Source: Camelus ferus
Taxonomy: Eukaryota
Assembly: GCF_009834535.1 (NCBI RefSeq)
Contig: NC_045696.1
Coordinates: forward strand, 2,606,001-2,670,000
Reading direction: 5' to 3'
Length of the DNA: 64,000 nt
Shown: positions 61,861 to 64,000 of the stretch, one piece after another
Numbering within the stretch: the first letter of the stretch is position 1
Layout of the letters: each line of letters begins with the position of its first letter
Program-made: the position numbers and the translations under genes
Notes under the pieces: model-generated
Told to the model about the DNA's origin: nothing
Seen by the model: the letters and a program-made list of their open reading frames with translations, nothing else
The model's database searches: none

Positions 61861-62832
61861 GCCCTGCAGGACCTGGGCTGCCCGTCAGAGGAAACGGGCT
61901 TTACAGCGGCTGCCGGAACGGGCAGCGAGGAGAGGGAGGGTGGGCTCAGGAGGGGACAGCTGGGGTTCACACCCCAGAACCCCCTCGGAGGCCCCGGATC
62001 CTCAGAGCAATCATTTAACTTGGTTTTTCCAGCAAACAAGCAGAAGCGTCAGCAGCCCCTTGGTAGGTACCCCCGAGTGAGCCCGGGTGAGGCCTCAGCA
62101 GAGACCTGCACACAAAACCCCAAACATCTCTGTTACCCGCCATTGGGAGGAAACTGGCCCCGGCCTCTCCAGGAACCGCCCCCTTCCTCACCTCTGACAG
62201 CTGCTGGGGCCAGCGTGGGGCTTCCAGGTTCCTGCAGACATGTGGATGGAATGTGGGCGTCCCACCTCCCACCTCGGTCCCCCAGGTCTGAATGGTCTCC
62301 TTTGATGGGGCCCCGTGCACCCCCCATGCTTAGCAGTCTGCAGACCTTCCCTTAAATGCAGTGAGGCTCCACCTGAAGAGGCTTTGGAAGCTGCATTTTT
62401 GAGTCAGGCCTTTTTTTTCCAATTGATTTCTGGCTCCAGGGGAGGCGAGGATTGGGGTGGGGGGGTGAAGGAAAGTGCTTGCGGGCATCAGGAGGCTGAC
62501 AGTTCCCGGGAAGAAGGCGCCGCCTGGCCTGCTCCTCACACTCTGTCCCTGTGACCTTGAGATGCCCTTGAGCAGGGGCCCCACCCTCCCAGTGTCCAGC
62601 AACAGAAGGTAACCAGGTGCTTCAGCAACACACACAATGTCAGGTCTCCCTAAAACACCTCGATGTGAGAGTGTCTGCTGGTCACGCGGGGAGGTTTCCC
62701 TCAAGGTGGAGAAGCAGGCAAGAAATGTTTTTGTATGAGTGTGTCTTCAAGTTCAAGTTCAAGTACAAATCTGACACAGAGGGAAGCCAACAGGAGGCAG
62801 GAAGCAGAGTCTAGAGCCTGCTTGGGGCTGTC

Positions 62833-62945
62833 GCAGGCGTGTGTGTGCAGGCGTGTGTGTACGGGCGTGTGTGTGCAGGCGTGTGTGTGCAGGCATGTGT
62901 GTCGCAGGCGTGTGTGTGCAGGCATGTGTGCGCACGTACATGCAT
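62833..62945. repeat. (GCAGGCGTGTGTGT)n minisatellite
   Basis: About 7 imperfect copies of a 14-16 bp unit. Confidence 0.9.
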
Positions 62946-63925
62946 ATCTTCTAATTGGTTCTGTTTTCGTGACAGCAGCCAGCCTCCCCTGCCCCTGTAA
63001 ACTCAATCCTAGGCCCAGAATCTTGGAGGAAACCACACACCAGCAGAGCCCCCAGCCCGGCCACACCAGCCGCCAAGGAGCTGGCCCTGATGGGGGCCAC
63101 GGGGGAGCTGCCGCCTTCCCCAGGCCACCCCTCGCTTGGCCCCAGCCTGAGCGGGAATTCCCTTTCTGCACCCCCACTCCCGTCCTGCTGGCCGCAGTGG
63201 GGTGTTGGGTGGCAGGTGCCTGCCCTGCAGAGAGAAGGCTGCCGGCCCCAGGGAGGAGGTGGGGCCTTGACCGGCAGCTCCCAGGCCCTGTTGCTGCCGC
63301 CCCCTTTCAAAGTGCGGTCTGACACGTGTGCCTAAGCCTCTGGGTCTCAGCCTGCTGGCGGGCGGCTAGCCCAGCATCTGGCTGGTGGAACCTCTGACCC
63401 CTGACCTGGCCACCTGTGTCAGGCTCTGGGGCAGCTGCCAGGGCCGGCCCCTCCTGGGACACGGCGGGGCCGGAGGCTGCCCTGGGAGCCTTCCCAGCAG
63501 AGGCCACGGGAGCGGGGAGGCCAGCGGCGGGGGAGGGCCGACACACCACGTCATTCTACGCGGGAGGAAATTCCACCAGAGCCGCGGGGACCCCCAGCGC
63601 AGGGCTGGCCTGCCAGGCAGTGGTTTCCTCTTTTTCAAATGCTTTTACAAACAAGCAAATGAAACAAAAACTGCTTATTATAAAGAAATACCACTGGCTC
63701 CCCGTGGGAGATTTTATGTCTGCTTCAGTGTCCTCTGCTGGATGTCGGCGCCCCCGGTCAGGACGGGGTCTCCCAGGGCTCTGCATGGCCGGGCAGGCCC
63801 ACTCGAGCGAGGCCCTCTGAGGATGTGTGTTGGGCCGTTCCCGCGGTCTGGACCCGTGAAGGTGACCTTTGAGACAGGCTCGGCTCCTCCTTCCGGCGAG
63901 GTCTTGGCGGCCAAAGTGAGGCCTC

Positions 63926-63941
63926 TGCTGCCACCTGGTGG
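63926..63941 (-). promoter_or_regulatory. CTCF core motif
   Basis: Minus strand reads CCACCAGGTGGCAGCA, matching CCASYAGRKGGCRS; motif match only. Confidence 0.5.
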
Positions 63942-64000
63942 TGACTCTTGGAATCGCAGTGACTAGTCCACCATCCTCGCGAACTGGTGAGGACGGGAAT

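Overview
This is a GC-rich, non-coding mammalian genomic window, most likely from a camelid (inferred from a Vic-1-like tRNA-derived SINE at ~19.55 kb and artiodactyl/camelid-type L1 3' ends). I cannot support any protein-coding gene, RNA gene or CRISPR array. The ORF track is explained by high GC content and by repeats. The window is a mosaic of ancient eutherian repeats (L1M, L2, MIR, MLT1, MER5), younger L1 3' fragments, three ERV1-like solo LTRs (two with clean 4-bp TSDs; two are same-family copies in inverted orientation), simple repeats, and short AT-rich motif-dense islands that look like candidate enhancers. The most notable signals are patchy, extreme A/T-to-G/C rewriting of old repeats (suggestive of GC-biased gene conversion), a twin-priming-type inverted L1, an L1 insertion with a 14-bp TSD and an extra 5' segment, and a nested TE cluster at 18.2-21.6 kb. 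I found no evidence for a new biological system. Repeat subfamily names come from my recall of consensus sequences, not from a search, and boundaries without TSDs are approximate.
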